The notes below the pieces were generated by a model. The model was not told the DNA's origin. It worked only from the letters and a program-made list of their open reading frames with translations, and searched no databases. DNA of 47,675 nt, the filler included, from Porpidia crustulata (lineage: Eukaryota), in assembly GCA_964255105.1 (NCBI GenBank). It is 2 parts of 2 records of this genome, joined end to end, with 100 filler letters (N's around TTAATTAATTAA, not from the genome) between each part and the next. Parts side by side here need not be neighbours in the genome. Positions count along the whole stretch, not along the records: positions 23,907 to 47,675 come from CAXUWE010000068.1; 1 more part is not named here. One strand, 5' to 3'. Shown one piece after another: positions 45,779-47,675 of this stretch. Within the stretch, counting starts at the first letter, position 1. Each line of letters starts with the position of its first letter. The position numbers and the translations under genes are program-made.

Positions 45779-47675
45779 ATGGCATCTCCCCCTCTGCCCC
45801 CCAACCCCTGTCTCGTCGCCATCATTCTTATGGTGAAATTCTACAACGAGCCGCAAGTCGTTTTCCATTATCCTCCTCGACCCGGTGAAGATAACTCGCA
45901 CTACAAGAACTACTTATCCGGCGATCTTACCGATGACGACTCGACAAACTCGAGTGATGATGAAAGCACAAAATCCTCTGATGAGCGCTCCAAGCATGAT
46001 GGCGGAAAGGCAGAATTCAGTAAGAATGGCATCAGTCCAGATGCAGATCCGGATCCGGACGATGCAGGTTCAGCATCGCCAGAGAAGCGCGATAGAGTCA
46101 ATCCGGCACGTCAGGCAAGGTGGAACGATCTCTTTGGCTTCCCCTCTACTATGCTAGCAAAGCTTCTTTGTCCGGTGTCAAGCAACCACAAAAAGAGATT
46201 TGAAATGGGTATCGATGAAAAGGTTTTTCTTGGTTGGCCTGTATACAAAAGAGATGGGAAAGGTTGGGAACGGAAGAGGCGGCCACGTATATCAAAGAGT
46301 ACGGACATTGGTTCGGAGGTGAAGAATTTCCTGGGACAGGGAGGGCGAAAGAGCATAAGCGAGAAGACATCAGATCAACTCAGCGAGGAGCACATTGAGG
46401 ATTTGGGACCCGGGACAAAGTCGGAAGATGAACCACCTGCGTTGAGTGAGAGTGTTCCTGCTGTTGAGCTTGCACCCGGGAGACCATCTACTCAATCCAT
46501 TGGGAACCACAAAGATATCGAGCAGGAACAGGACATGGCTGAATCCAAACCGATAGACACATTGGAGATGTTTAATATCGTCTTCGTGCTTGATCCCCCA
46601 CCTCTTGAACACCATCTACGTGTGGATGAAATGTATAATCATGTTGTAAAGAAATTTTCCCGAGCCTTGAAATGGGAGCAAGTCCGTTCAAAGTATGTGG
46701 CCAGGGAAGCTTCATCAATTTCACATTTGTACAGATACGGCGGTGAGATGTACGCTCAAGGCTTCAAGAGGAATCTGATTGTCTATAGGGCCAAGTCAAG
46801 CCCTGGCGCCATTATACCACAAGCTCCTCTCGCAGTCGAGCCTCGCAAAAGCGATATCCACCCTCTACACTAGCATATCAAGCTCTCGAATCGCTCACAT
46901 CAACTTATCACCGTCTTCCAATCTTTCCCTACAGATACCCATTCCCACATCAACTCCGATCCTGCCAAGTCCTATACAGCCTCAGCTGCCCGGCCTCTGG
47001 CTCACTACGGCTACTTCGCTCCCACCAGATGACGAAGTCGACGCTACTGGCTTCCAACCCGCTACCCATTTTACACTCCTCTTGCTGACGGATCTCTCAA
47101 CCATTCTTGCTGACGTCAAGGCCACAGTCTCGCCCCTGACTGCCCCTTTAAGCCACTTCCTTCATGTCACCAAACCCAGCAAATCCTTCCTCCAGATTTC
47201 CCGATCCTCTGGCATCCCTCTCCCAGATATTCAATTCCTCGCCTCTCACCTCATCTACTGGCGCCGCGCCCGTGCTATTCCTCCCTTGCATCAACGAGAT
47301 ACGTACATAGTGTCGCCCAATGCTGACATGCGTAAATTGTCTTCGGCCACCTCCGCGTTCGCGAGAAGATTTCCCGCACTACCCTCTCTACCCAAAATTC
47401 TAAGCATGCTTTCCTTTACCCCCCGACCATATTCGACACTCATCCCCAGCAAGGATCACAAGGAAGCTTACATGGACATTCTGGCTTGGCTGCTCTGGGG
47501 AGGCTGGGTGACACAGCTACGTATGTTCGCCTGGGTGCGCGTGCCGGAACATATCAAGGCGACCGTGGAAGCCGATCACAAGAGTGAAGAAACCAAAGTC
47601 CAAGACGCAGAAACCGAAGACAACAAGGAAACGAATCTCTCCAGCCCTCCCCCTTCCTCTCTTAGCACCACCACC
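45779..47675 (+). CDS. NPR3: Nitrogen permease regulator 3 (SEACIT/GATOR1 subunit), 3'-truncated by window edge
   Basis: LPPNPCLVAIIL..PQVVFHYPP, KKRFEMGIDEKVFLGWP, MFNIVFVLDP, KFSRALKWEQ. After an intron at ~46743-46788 it continues to HLIYWRRARAIPPLHQRDTYIVSPNAD. Confidence 0.93.

Overview
Intron-containing filamentous ascomycete (Pezizomycotina) DNA, made of two pieces joined by an artificial 100-nt spacer (N44-TTAATTAATTAA-N44, 23807-23906). The two halves need not be neighbours in the genome. The left half is mostly housekeeping genes: MFS transporter (partial), QCR6, a WBP2-like protein, MPG1, an F-box protein, GPI18, BLM10/PA200, GUT1, a spliced 56-aa Cys-rich microprotein and a probable pseudogene. 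The right half opens with a ~17-kb accessory, transposon-rich island (23907-~40600). It holds a truncated, frameshifted Ty1/copia element with phased palindromic repeats, a decayed unknown gene, an LTR-like remnant, a dienelactone hydrolase, a BLI-3-like pseudogene, a ~1800-aa patatin-NACHT (NLR-type) gene, and a Fot1-like TIR with TTAGGG motifs. Conserved-looking genes follow: FAM192A/Fyv6-like, an HExxH protein, COX19 and NPR3 (partial). The most unusual sequence signal is long tracts with no CC or GG dinucleotide at all, suggesting a RIP-like mutator with non-canonical context. Gene identities come from motif recognition only; no database search was run.
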